The notes under the pieces are model-generated. The model saw only the letters and a list, made by a program, of their open reading frames with translations, was not told where the DNA came from and did not search any database. Positions 1 through 12,100 of a stretch of 64,000 nt of DNA are shown one piece after another; the first letter of the stretch is position 1, and every line of letters starts with the position of its first letter. The position numbers and the translations under genes were made by a program. The stretch is from Octopus sinensis. Its lineage: Eukaryota. The stretch lies in contig NC_043006.1 in NCBI RefSeq assembly GCF_006345805.1, forward strand, positions 43,152,001 through 43,216,000. The letters run 5' to 3'.

Positions 1-1159
1 AGCAACGTGAGGATGTGGTACATATATGTACGTATACACACACACACTCACACACACATATATACACACATTTGTGTGTAATTGGTCGAAAATTTGAACT
101 AAGTCATGTATTAAGTTCTATTTCTTCTGTATATTCCACCAAACCCAGACATACATGGATATATGTGTATGTATATATATGTATATCTATATAGATAGAT
201 ATATAGACAGACAGACTGACAGGCAGATGGATAGATAGACAGACAGACAGATAGATAGATAGATATTGGCTTACCAGTTCCAGTGAAACTATATCTATAT
301 AGATATATATATAGACAGACAGGCAGGCAGATAGATAGATAAATAGATATATTGACAGGTAGATAGAGAGGTAAACAGATAGATAGATAGATATTTGCTT
401 ACCAGTTCCAGTGAAACTGTCTAACCCATGCCAGCATGGAAAACAAACATTAAATGATGTGTGTGTGTGTAAGAAGCAAAGTGTTTTTCATCATCATCAC
501 TATTTACATCCTCTTTTATATGATTTGATGGGTTAGATGAGAACATATTGGAGTATTACTTTTCTATGACCAGATGGCCTGTTTGACGCCTGTTTCCAAG
601 CAAGGCAATAATTCCCTCTCAAAACATCATTTTGTTGAACCTAGCTTACCCAAGCCATACACACATCAGCAAAAGTACCATTTAATGTTCAAATATAAGA
701 ACAAATTCATTCTGATGTTGCTGTGAATGACAGATCTGGTGTTTGTAGCTGATGGCATAAAAGAAAGCAGAAATGCATGTCCTATAATCTGATGACACCA
801 TTCACTCGATCATAGCACATATAATGCTATATAATGTGTCTTCATAGATGTTGTCTAAGAGAATTTTCTCCCTAGACTATTTCAGCAGCAAGACAGGCCT
901 TCTTATATCTGAGTGTTTAATATGAACACATGAATAAGGTGGTAGGCAGGAGGAATTCTTAGCATGCTGGGAAAAATGCTTAGCGATATTATCATCCATC
1001 TTTACTTGCTGAATTTGAATTCTGCTGAGATTGACTTTGCCTTTAATTTTTTTCTGGGGTTGATAAAATAAGTACCAGCTGAGCACTGGGGTCAATGTAA
1101 TTGACTTAGCCTCACCCCCAAAATAGCTAGTCGTGTGCCATATATGAATACATATATGC

Positions 1160-1434
1160 ATAGCTAGCTAGATAGGTAGGTAGATAGATGGATGGATAGG
1201 TAGGTAGATAGATAGATTGATCTATCAACAGACAGACAGGGAAGATGGATGGATGAATAGGTAGATAGATAAATAGATAGATGGATGGATTGATCGATTG
1301 ATCTATCAACAGATAGACAGACTGAGAAGATAGATAGAGAGAGATGGATGGATTGATAGGTAGATAGATGGATTGATCTATCGACAGATAGAGAGAGATA
1401 GTTAGATAGATAGATACATAGGTAGGTATGTAGG

Positions 1435-1467
<33 letters not shown>

Positions 1468-1492
1468 GTACATATATATATATATATATATC
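1160..1492. repeat. Compound (GATA/GATG/GACA)n microsatellite
   Basis: Direct reading of the sequence. Confidence 0.95.
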
Positions 1493-2802
1493 CACACATC
1501 ATCTATAATTAAAATAATTCATATTTCTATGCCTGCATATTTTGCAGAAAGAGGGAACACCAGCCTGTACATCCAAACACCGGTTGTAACTATGTAAATG
1601 GTCAAACTTCTTTCTCTTCAGTAACTGTTTCATTCTTACCTCACTCCTCTTCTGTTTCTATTTCATACTTATAACTATCACTGGCTGTCATCACCACTAC
1701 AACATATCTCCCAATATTCATGACAGGTCATGCACAAGGCGGTGTTAATTTACACTACACAACCATCCCTTCTTCTGACCATGTGTCACACCAACATCTA
1801 GGGAGCTATTTTACGTCAACAGTATCACAAGGGCAGCAAGAAATGAATTTCCTCATTTTATCTATTATGTATGTATGTGTTCATACATGTATGCAGAACA
1901 GAATTGATGTATAAATATCAAAAAATATATCCAGAGTAATTAAGACCTCAAATGATAAAACATCACTGAATTCCAATATGTTATTACAATGAAGTAAATA
2001 TTCATGGAAAAAACATGCATATATAAGCAGAACTGGCAGAAACAATAAGTGGGAGCAGCATATTTAGAATACAAAAGCAGAAAAGCATAAATGCTATATA
2101 TATAGTTCATAATTGAATTGTGCTTTACTGCTGTTTCAATGGTGCAAAACATCGTTATTTTTAAGTATGCAATTAAAATACATAATTAATTATTTTATTC
2201 AAAAGTGATGTGGGTAATATATCAGTTTTAAAGTAATCAGTTATGTAATTTGTGTGCTTAAATAAATTATGATGCTTTATGTCATTGAAACAGTTGTAGA
2301 GCACAATTAAATTATGATCTAGATGTGAAATTTTTGCCTTACTGTTTTATATAGTCTAAAAAATGTATATGTATATATATAATAAATACTAATTAATATA
2401 ATATAATATATATATATATATATATTCTTGCATATATGGGTACAGAACCTCATCAGCAGTGCAAACGTCTGACAACTTTCTGTGTGTTTACCTGTCCCGT
2501 TTTCCATTTTTTCCCTTTTTTTTACGTTTTTCACTCATTTTTCCCTGTTTTGTTTACATATGTCATGTTATTTGCACTGTTGGTGACTTCCTTACCCATA
2601 TATGCATGTATATATATATATATATATAGCATTTTTTGATTGCCTCGATAGCTGGCAAGATGCTGGAGTAGTTTTCTGCCCCAACATCCGAAACTCAGTC
2701 TTATTATGACAACCGAATAATTGTCACATATATTACAGATTAATTCCTCTATTTACATAATATCGAAGTCTCATTCTTTCTTTTGATGTCTTACCATTGC
2801 TA

Positions 2803-2837
<35 letters not shown>

Positions 2838-2839
<2 letters not shown>

Positions 2840-3118
2840 CTATATTTAAGAGATGAGGAATTATATACATTATTTATATTTGACGGATATTTGCCCTCAT
2901 CTTGTTTGCTGTTAATACAACGTTTTGGCTGATATACCCTCCTCCAACCTTCAACAGGTGTCTTGGCGAAATTTCGAACCTGGGTTCTCATTCCTAAGGT
3001 ATTTTTTGATGTTATTATTATTATTATTGTTATTGTTATTGTTGAGTTCACTGCTTGGAATCAAACTTGCAATCTTGGGGTTAGTAGCCCACACTCTTAA
3101 CCACTACGCCATACGCCC
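2838..3118 (-). mobile_element. tRNA-headed hammerhead-bearing short retroelement (copy A, single unit, ribozyme core mutated)
   Basis: The minus strand reads GGGCGTATGGCGTAGTGG (A box) ... GTTTGATTCC (decayed B box), then an (AAT/AAC)n tract and the same ~175 nt body as copies B, D, E and F, ending ...CTCTTAAATATAGAA. The hammerhead core is altered to CTGTTGA...AAAA. Confidence 0.85.
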
Positions 3119-3725
3119 ATTGGCATATGCACCAACCCAATACTTGTACTAATTTGTTTGTAAATACAGCATCACTTTTTTTTTAATTCATACAAAATGT
3201 CATCAAAAACTGACGCATTCTGTGTATGCCATATTAAATAATATGTCAAAGCATTGTGAGAGGTTTGATAGATAGAAGCTAAATGAAGCCTATCATGTGT
3301 GTATGTGTTCACATATATATATATATTGTTGGTTTGCTTGTATCCCAGTAACTTGGTGGTTCAGCAAAAAGGGACTGATAAAATAAATGAAAAAATAAGT
3401 ACTGGAGTCTGTTTGTTAGACCCTTCAAGGTGGTGCCCCAGCATGGCCACGGTCTAATGATTGAAGCAGGTAAAAGATAAAAATTATGATATCATTTCAT
3501 CATCCTCAATATCTTCAGCTTTAAATGAATCATTTTTGTTTTAAGTTCATATTATCATCATCATCATCATTTAACATCCATTTTCCATGCTGGCATGGGT
3601 TGGTCGGTTTGACCAGAGCTGGCAAGGCAGAGCACTGTGTCAAGGTCTACTGTCTGCTTTGGCTGTCTGCTTTTCCTAATGCCAACCACTTTACAGATTC
3701 TACTGGGTGCATTTTTTCCTAACAT

Positions 3726-3953
3726 TTCTTATTTCCCACAAGGGGCTAAACATAGAGGGGACAAAGAAGGACAGACAAAGGGATTAAGTCGGTTACATCG
3801 ACCCCAGTGCATAACTGGTACTTAATTTATCGACCCCAAAAGGATGAAAGGCAAAGTCGATCTCGGCGGAATTTGAACTCAGAATGTAACAGCAGACGAA
3901 ATACTGCTAAGCATTTTGCTCGGCATGCTAACGTTTCTGCCATCTCACCGCCT
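3726..3953 (-). mobile_element. tRNA-derived SINE family S2 monomer
   Basis: Minus strand AAGGCGGTGAGATGGCAGAAACGTTAGCATG...GAGTTCAAATTCCGCCGAG (B box)...TTAGCCCCTTGTGGG. Similar copies are at 934-1135, 6846-7075, 16742-16974 and 17100-17190. Confidence 0.82.
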
Positions 3954-4719
3954 TATTTTTTTTTTATCAGCAGAGTCACCAAGTAACTTGCAAGACAAAG
4001 TTACCTCAACTACGAAGCGGAATATTATCAAGGCAGATGACTTTGTGCCAGTTGATGAGAGGCTAAAAGAATAATTGAAGGAAAGTGATAGATGTTTTGC
4101 TATCAAGATGGTACGAAGATATCAAGTTAAAAAAGAAGTATCATGTAACTCTATATCGTTTTCATTAATTTTCTCACTTACAAAAGTATCACAAGATCTA
4201 ATTTCTAAAATTCATATGAAACTTTCAGTTATAAAATTTCACTTTTGTACACTGCAAACAGGATATTGCTTCAGTTTCAATTTCAGTGCAACAGTGGTGG
4301 AGGATAACAAAGTTGTTGTATAATGAAACTGTATACCTTTCCCCGGTAAAAAGTGGTAGTAGGCAGCCATTATAAATAAACCTGTAGCCAGTCGACAGGA
4401 GAAGGTCAGAGAAGGTTGAGAGTATGTGTAGACTATGTTGATAGTCGTGTCTGTGCTGATATAGTAATTATATTGGGATGCTAAGTGGATGTTATAATGA
4501 TCTAAACTTTTGAGGATAATTTTGAGGGTAGTACAGTGCCAGATCGAACCAATTTATTGACGACTTCAGAATAAAGCAATATCTGTCAGAGCAACAACTA
4601 TCATCAAAAGACAGATACAACAATGGCACAAGATTGCTTTACAACAGAAGAATATGAGGAAGATAATGCAACAATGTCATTCAATGAAAAGCGACATCTA
4701 TGGAACAGAAGAGACCTTA

Positions 4720-4894
4720 ATACAGTTCTGTATTTAAGAGATGAGGAATTATGTACATTATTTACATTTTACAGATATTTGTCCTCATCTTGTTTGTTGT
4801 TAACACAACGTTTCAGCTGATATACCCTCCAGCCTTCATCAGGTGTCTTAGGGAAATTTCGAACCTGGGTTCTCATTCCTAAGGTATTTTTCGA

Positions 4895-4967
<73 letters not shown>

Positions 4968-5124
4968 TAATAATAATAATAGCATCGAAAAATACCTTAG
5001 GAATGAGAACCCATGTTCGAAATTTCCCCATGACACCTGATGAAGGCTGGAGGGTATATCAGCTGAAACATTGTATTAACAACAAACAAGATGAGGACAA
5101 ATATCCATCAAATATAAATAATGT
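4720..5124. mobile_element. Inverted partial tandem (foldback) of the hammerhead retroelement (copy B), headless
   Basis: Left arm 4722-4896 (minus, includes terminal tail), (AAT)n spacer 4897-4980, right arm 4983-5124 (plus, tail-less). A 13 bp direct repeat AGAAGAGACCTTA at 4707-4719 and 5125-5137 is the TSD. Confidence 0.9.
4803..4846 (-). ncRNA. Minimal type-I hammerhead ribozyme (best-preserved copy)
   Basis: The minus strand reads ACAC CUGAUGA A GGCUG GAGGGUAUAU CAGCU GAAA C GUU GUGU: intact CUGANGA and GAAA core boxes, 5 bp stem II, stem I ACAC/GUGU, loop-less palindromic stem III (AACGUU) and a GUU cleavage triplet. Confidence 0.8.
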
Positions 5125-6138
5125 AGAAGAGACCTTATCTGACAAGCCATAGAAATTCCAAATCAAAAATTAGAAATGAAAGGAAATAACAGAAGTAGAA
5201 TGCCTAATGGAAGGTTACACTGAACATCTTTATAATAAGAACTAAAGAGAAGAAAATCTGTAACTAGGAAACTGCTTGGCAAGTAACATGGATACTCCTT
5301 CAAAGAAAAGGTTATAGTGGCTGTTTTAAAAAGAACAAGGAAAGCTACCTACCTACTGCATTGTCCCCAGACAAACACCATCTACCACTTGTCTTCAGAA
5401 TTCCATCTCCTGTATTGCTCCTGGCTGGTCACTCTGCAGTGGATCGGAGTCCTCAATTAGATGGTCACTAAATGTCCTGGCAGAACCCCCAAGTCACTTT
5501 CTATTTATTGGTTCCCACATCAGCATTTGAATCACTACTTCATCCTTGCTACAAAAGCAATGTCCATGCAAGAATTTCAGTTTCCTCTCCTAAATGATGG
5601 AAGTAACCCTTGGAGCATTACCATAAAGAACCTGTTATAAAAAAATTACTATTTTTAAATCTCACAACATGAGATATTCAGCAACAGTACTTTGTGGTAA
5701 AGATTGTTTGTCAACATAACATGGTAGTCCTGGTTTAGGACGAATGTTGCTGTAATTTAACCCCAGGAGACATCGTTTCCAGCTGGCTATAAGGACACAG
5801 ATCATGCCGTATAGTCAGCTAGAGACAATGTCTTCTCAGGCTAAATTACAGCAACATTTCTCCTAAACCAAGATTGCCATGTTGGCAAATAGTCTTTACT
5901 ACAGAACCTGTTATGTTGTAGGGGACTACCATTAGATGGTTAAGTGTTGCTGTCAATAGTCTTGTGTATGTTCCATCTAGTTTTCTTAGTCAGAATCCAT
6001 GTAGTGCAGCCATTTAAAAGCACAGTTTCTATTGCTTAATAAGATTAAAATGATTGCTGAATTTAAAGAAACAAGAATACAAAGTAATTATGTCAGAAAG
6101 ATATGTGATAAATGTTCAAATTGTGATGTAAAGTTGTA

Positions 6139-6590
6139 CGAGGAAGTGTGGAAAAATTCCTGATTTTAAGGGTATTGCAAAAGGCCTGGTTGGTGGCCTA
6201 ACCTTCTGAATTCTTTTATGGGGCTTAGAAAAACCAAAGGACCGCTGCAATAAGTGAGTGAATCTAAGAGGGGAATATGTTGAATAAAGTCATAATTAAC
6301 TGTTCCTCCTGTATTTTCTTTTATCCAAAGCCAAGAACTTTTCAGCACCCCCACCGTGTGTGTGTGTGCACATGACGGTGCGCAGAAAAGTTCCTGACTT
6401 TAAGGGTATTGTAAAAGGCTTGGCTGGAGGCCCAACCTTCCAAGTTCTTTTATGGGGCTTAGGAAAACTGAAGGACCACAGAAATAAGTATGTGAATCTG
6501 AGAGGCGAATATCTCAAATAAAATCATAATCAACCAATCTTCCTGTATTTTCTTTTATCCAAAGCCAGGAACTTTTCAGCAAACCTCTCG
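6139..6590 (+). mobile_element. Two tandem ~220 bp mariner-derived MITEs
   Basis: Copies at 6139-6357 and ~6372-6590. Ends resemble CGAGG..TGCTGAAAAGTTCC / GGAACTTTTCAGCA..CTCG with TA. Internal GGGGAATATGTTGAATAA resembles a mariner transposase stop region. Confidence 0.75.
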
Positions 6591-9229
6591 TAATAAAAGG
6601 AAAGGAATTCAAGTAGCCTAAAACCGAATCTGGAATTTATTTCGTGCTAAAATCATAGGAAGCAAAAGCTATTACTGATCAACATCAAGAAGTTGAAGAC
6701 TGTTTCACCTTAATTTTGCAGATGTCAATTTTACATTGAGATAAGTGTAGACATGACTATATAGTTAAGAAGTTTGCTTCCCAACCCCCAGAGTTTCAGG
6801 TTCAGTTCCATCCTCTGCATGACTCCTTGGACAAGTGTTTTCTTATTTCTTTATTGCCCACAAGGGGCTAAACATAGAGGGGACAAACGAGGACAGACAA
6901 AGGGATTAAGTCGATCACATCGACCCAGTGCATAACTGGTACTTATTTAATCGACCCCGAAAGTATGAAAGGCAAAGTCGACCTCACCAGAATTTGAACT
7001 CAGAATGTAACGGCAGACGAAATACCGCTAAGCATTTCACCAGGCATGCTAACGTTTCTGCCAGCTCGCTGCCTTACTGTATCTTCTGCTATAGCCACAG
7101 AACAACCAAAGTCTTGTGAGTAGATCTGGTCGACAGAATCTAAAAGAAGCTCATTATATATGTATATTATAATACATCTGTTTGTTTTGTACACCACCTG
7201 TCTTTGTCTTTTGTTTTTTTCGTGAACTCTCCCCATATGTGTATGTATATGTAAGCATGTGTGTGTGTGTGCATATGTATGTGTACATATGTGTGTCTTA
7301 TTATGCCTCCATGTCTTGACATCACATGGTCATTGTAAACCAGTCTCACTGTCATAAAAGTGATGTCGTTGTTTATTTCCAATCTTCCATGGAAACATGT
7401 TTGGTCAAACGGAAATATTACCTTGCTTGTAAAAACAAGGGAGGGTTGGCAACAAGATGGGCATCTAGCCATACAAAATCTTCCACAACAAATTCCATCT
7501 TGCCCATAGAAGCATGGAAAAGTGAAATTTAAAACACTGACAATGTGGGAGGAGTAGTAACATTGGTGACGATGGCGGCGGCAGTGGCAGTGGTGCTGGA
7601 GATGAAAGATTAATTCCAGCTTTAGGTAATACATCCTCAGAAGTAACTGGTATGAAAGAAAATTCAAATGAAAATAATGGTGTGTATACCCATAAAATAC
7701 ATGTTCAAACGTTTCATTGATTAACTTCAAATTTATTTAAATTGATCTGATTAGTCCAGAAGTGAGATTTACTTCCAGTATACATTTCTGTAATATCAAT
7801 CATATCTGCTTGATCAGAGAACACAAACACTCTGCATACTGCTCAGAGATATCATCCGATATCACTTTAAGCAATGATGTTATGTGATAACTAGTTCGTA
7901 GCTCTATTTCAAGATAATAGCAAAGAGCATTTGGATATTAATTAATACTCAACGATTCTCAATGGATATATCTAAAAACAAATATATTTGATATTAGAAA
8001 TATAATTAACCAGTTGAAGAAGTAGTAGTAATTATACCAAAAGCTATATTTGGAAACCCTGCAACCAGAATCATTTATTAAGCTACGTAAATGGATTGTC
8101 TAAAATGGCTTCCTTGCAGACAATTGAATCTATTCATCCAAGTTATGACCGACTGTCATTTCAATTGCTACTTATATTTGTTGGAAGCTGTGTGGTTAAG
8201 AATTTCACTTCCTGACCATTAGTCTTGGATGCAGTCCCCACTGTACAGCACCTTGGGCAAGTGTCTTCTACTGTAGCTTTAGGCTGACCAAAACCTTGAG
8301 AGTAGATTTGGTAGATGGAAACTGAAAAAAGCTCATTGTATAAACACACGTATGCACAAACAGACACACACACATATTGGCATCTAGCCATAGAAGCCAT
8401 GCCAGATTAGACTGGAGCCTGGTGCAGCCTTCCAGCTTGCCAGCTCGAATCAAACCATCCAACCCATGCCAGCATGGACAACGGACACTAAGTGATGATG
8501 ATGATGACACATATACATACATATGTATATATATATGTGTGTATGTATATGTATATATATGGATATTTATTTGTGAATTAAGGCTAGTATTGGTTTCATA
8601 TAAAGAAAAGTAGGAAAATATCCTAGTGTGTATATATATATATATATAATTGTTTCAGTCATTAGACTATGGCCATGCTGGGGCACTGCTTTGAGGAATT
8701 TTAGTTGAACTAATCAACCCCAATACTTATTTTGAAAACTGGCACTTATTCTATTGATTTCTTTTGCCAATGTAAACACACGAACACCAGTTGCCAATTG
8801 GTGGTAGGAGACAGGCACAGACACAAAGACACACACTCACACACACATACGATAGGCTTCTTTCAGTTTCCATCTATCAAATCCACTCAAGGCTTTGGTC
8901 AGCTCATGGCTATAGTAGAAGACATTTGCCCAAGGTGCCACACAGTGGGACTGAACTTGGGGCCATGTGGTTGAGAAGAGCATGAGAAAATATCACCTTG
9001 CTTGGAAACAGATGAGGGTTGGTGACAGGAAGGGCATCCGGCCATACAAAATCTGCCACAAGAAATTCTATCTGGAAAAGTGGATGTTAAATGACAAAGA
9101 AAAAAATAGGAAGTTAATGTAATCTTTGACTTGGCAGGTTAAGCTTAAAACATATTACTACAAATAAAGGCTTATGACATGTGAAAATGATTTCAGTTAT
9201 CTTCCCAATTCATTTAGCCTAAGAATCAT

Positions 9230-9670
9230 CATCATCATCATCATCGTTTAACATCCGCTTTCCATGCTAGCATGGGTTGAACGATTTGACTGAGGTCTGG
9301 CGAAGCAGATGGCTGCATCAGGCTCCAATCTGATCTGGCAGAGTTTCTACAGTAGGATGCCCTTCCTAACGCCAACCACTCCAAGAGTGTAGTGGGTGCT
9401 TTTACGTGTCATCTACATGAGGGCCAGTCAGGCGGTACTGGCAATGGCCATGCTCAAATGGTGCTTTTTATGTGCCACCTGCACAGGAGCCAGTCCAGTG
9501 GCACTGGCAACAGCCTCGCTTGAATGTTTTTTCACGTGCCACCAGCACAAGTGCCAGTAAGTTGACGCAGGTAACAATCACACTCAAATGCTGTTTTTTA
9601 CGTGCCACCAGCATGGAAGCCAGTTTGTTGCTCTGGCAACAATCACACTGGGATTGTGCTCTTAGCACTC
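9230..9670 (-). mobile_element. RTE 3' UTR fragment
   Basis: (CAT)n, CCATGCTAGCATGG, GGATGCCCTTCCTAACGCCAACCAC and several diverged GGTGCTTTT units. Confidence 0.8.
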
Positions 9671-9966
9671 CACTAGCACAGATGCCAGTCGGAATATTAC
9701 TGCGATATATATTCTAATATCATTGTTGTTATTTACATAATTGTTAGCATATGAAATAAAATGCTTTACAGCGTTTCTTCTAACACTTTGCATGCTGAGT
9801 TAAAATCCTACCAAGGTCTACTTTGCCTTTCAATAAAATAAAATGAAGTACCAGAGGTTAATAAAATAAAGTACCAGCCAAGTACTTATGAAGGGCATCC
9901 AGCTGTAGAAACTCTGCCAGACCAGATTGGAGCCTGATGCAGCTATCTGGCTCGCCAGTCCTCAGT

Positions 9967-10388
9967 GTGTTAACAACAAACAAGATGAGGACAAATATCC
10001 GTCAAATAGAAATAATGTAGAAGAGACCTTATCTGACAAGCCATAGAAATTCCAAATCAAAAATTAGAAATGCGAGGAAATAACAGAAGTAGAATGCCTA
10101 ATGGAAGGTTACACTGAACATCTTTATAATAAGAACTAAAGAGAAGAAAATCTGTAACTAGGAAACTGCTTGGCAAGTAACATGGATGCTCCTTCAAAGA
10201 AAAGGTTATAGTGGCTGTTTTAAAAAGGAAAGCTACCTACCTACTGCATTGTCCACAGACAAACACCATCTACCACTTGTCTTCAGAATTCCATCTGTAT
10301 TGCTCTTGGCTGGTCACTCTGCAGTGGATCAGAGTCCTTAATTAGATGGTCACTAAATGTCCTGGCAGAACCCCTAAGTCATTTTCTA
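9967..10388 (+). repeat. ~420 bp duplicate of 5073-5503 (3' part of copy B right arm plus its flank), inserted in an RTE-tail element
   Basis: Direct alignment by eye gives roughly 95% identity with small indels. The host element is split as ...CCTCAGT | insert | AGTCAAAC..., a possible 3 bp AGT duplication. Confidence 0.92.
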
Positions 10389-10484
10389 AGTCAAACTGTC
10401 CAACACATGCCAGCATGGAAAGCAGACGTTAAACGATGATGATGATGATTATTATTATTATTATCAATATTATTATTATTATTC

Positions 10485-12100
10485 AACATTTGATAGTTTC
10501 AGACAAATTTCTACTACATCACCTGCTATACCTCCGTGTTGCTGAGGTATGTGCAACAGTTTGTGTTCTTTTGTTGTTGTTGTTGTTGGAGGAGTGCAAA
10601 CTCTTCTTGGCATTGTATTGCATCAGTTTGTTTTGTTAAGGAATTTGGTTGCTGTCTTTTGTTTTATTAGTGTTTGCATTGTAGGCTGTACCTAACAGGG
10701 TTATTTTTTGGATAATATGTTGTGCTAAGGGCCCAGATATAACTCCTACACTTTTGTTTATGTTTTTTTTTTATCATACCCAATGTTTCAATTATTCCTG
10801 GTATTGTTTTCACCTTCATGCCCCACATCAGTTTCAGGCTCTTTGTACTTTGACAATTTCTCCACTTCTTTTTGAGCAATATTTTGGTCTGACGAGATTG
10901 TAATGTCTATAATGAAGTAGGTGTTTTTTTCTTTTTTTTCAGTCCTCAATTATTTTGTCTGGCTGATTAGCTTTCATTTCTTTGTCAGTTTGAACAGGCA
11001 TATCCCATATGACTGTGGCCCAGTCGGTGTCGTGTACCTTGTTTGGCACATGTTTATACCATTTCTAGTTAGTTTTTATGTTTTAGTGTTGGCATATTGT
11101 CCACTGAATATGGCTACTTACTTGGTCATGTCTGCCATCATTATCATCATCATCGTTCAACATCCATTTTCCATGACAAGGACTGGGAAGCCAGAGATAT
11201 TGTAGTCAACTGTCTTGTGTTGGTTGCACAGTCTGCATTTAGTGTTAGGGCCAATTTTCATCGTTCTGCTTTTATAGTGGTTTGTGGTCAGGGATTGATT
11301 GGTCTTGTCTAGCAAGAATCAGTCCTTCTATTTCTACTTTTAGTCCAGAGCTTTTGAGCCTGGCTTTTACTTAGGCTGTTGTCAGCTTTTCCTTAAGTTC
11401 ACTTATCTGTCAAGCCTTGCAGGGTATTGGCCATGAAGTGATTTTTCTCTTCATTTCTTCTTCAGTATGTTTTGTAGTTCTGTTTCCATGCTGCTTTTTG
11501 TCTCTCTGACCATTTCTGCTATGTTGTCCTCTGAGATCAGTGTGTTAGTGTTGCTTGCTTCCGTTCTGTATTTTGTCACTTCCTTGTGTGTAGAGAAAAA
11601 TGTTTTTCAAAGTACTTTTCTAGTCTGACTTGTTATTTTATAGTATTTTTTTTTTACCTCTGTCAAGTCACAACCTCCTGTGTGGAGTAGATATATTCTA
11701 TCAGTCTCTACTTTTAGGTGGTGACTTCACTATAGTGTTAATAGTTTTCTGGTTTTTCTATCCAAGTTTCTCAATTCAATGCTCTTCCAATTAATTATGC
11801 TGAAGCTTTAATTTCTGACTGGCATTGCTAGAGTGTTTATTCCTATTATCAGTTGCTTTACAAATTTTATTGTTTGCTCCTTTTCTTTGTAGTTATCAGG
11901 TACTATGATTTATTTCTTGTATTTTTTTGGCCTCCTTAAAGACAGAAAATAGTTTTTTTCATTTTACTCATATTTTGTGGCTATTTGTACAAATTCTCCT
12001 TGGTTTTCAGCTAGATATTTCTGTAATCTGATGGTGGTTAATTTATAGTGGTTTTCTAGCTGTATAAGGCTTCTAATACCTTCATTTTGTTGTATATATT
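10485..12100 (-). mobile_element. Degenerate R4/Dong-type RLE non-LTR retrotransposon fragment
   Basis: Minus-strand remnants EKLSKYK, MWGMKVKTIPGIIETLG, KITLLGTAY and HDQVSSHIQWTIC. The 3' end abuts an (ATT)n tract. Confidence 0.75.

Noticed and set aside
650-748. Minus-strand segment with a good acceptor and GTAAGC donor
   Set aside because: All three frames contain stops. At best it is non-coding, and nothing else supports it.
2440-2460. CTGATGAG on the minus strand as another hammerhead
   Set aside because: There is no stem II partner or GAAA box downstream.
4000-4720. ORFs 4075-4323 and 4623-4820 and their continuation after the insertion
   Set aside because: There are multiple stops after rejoining the target site and no recognisable domain. 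It may be an ancient TE remnant but cannot be classified.
7542-7646. Pro-rich 105 nt minus-strand exon candidate (VTSEDVLPKAGINLSSPAPLPLPPP) and an upstream piece RVFVFSDQADMIDITEMYTG
   Set aside because: The Pro-rich part coincides with the degenerate (GAT/GGC)n tail of an adjacent RTE-tail element. The donor and the upstream acceptor are weak, and no protein is recognised.
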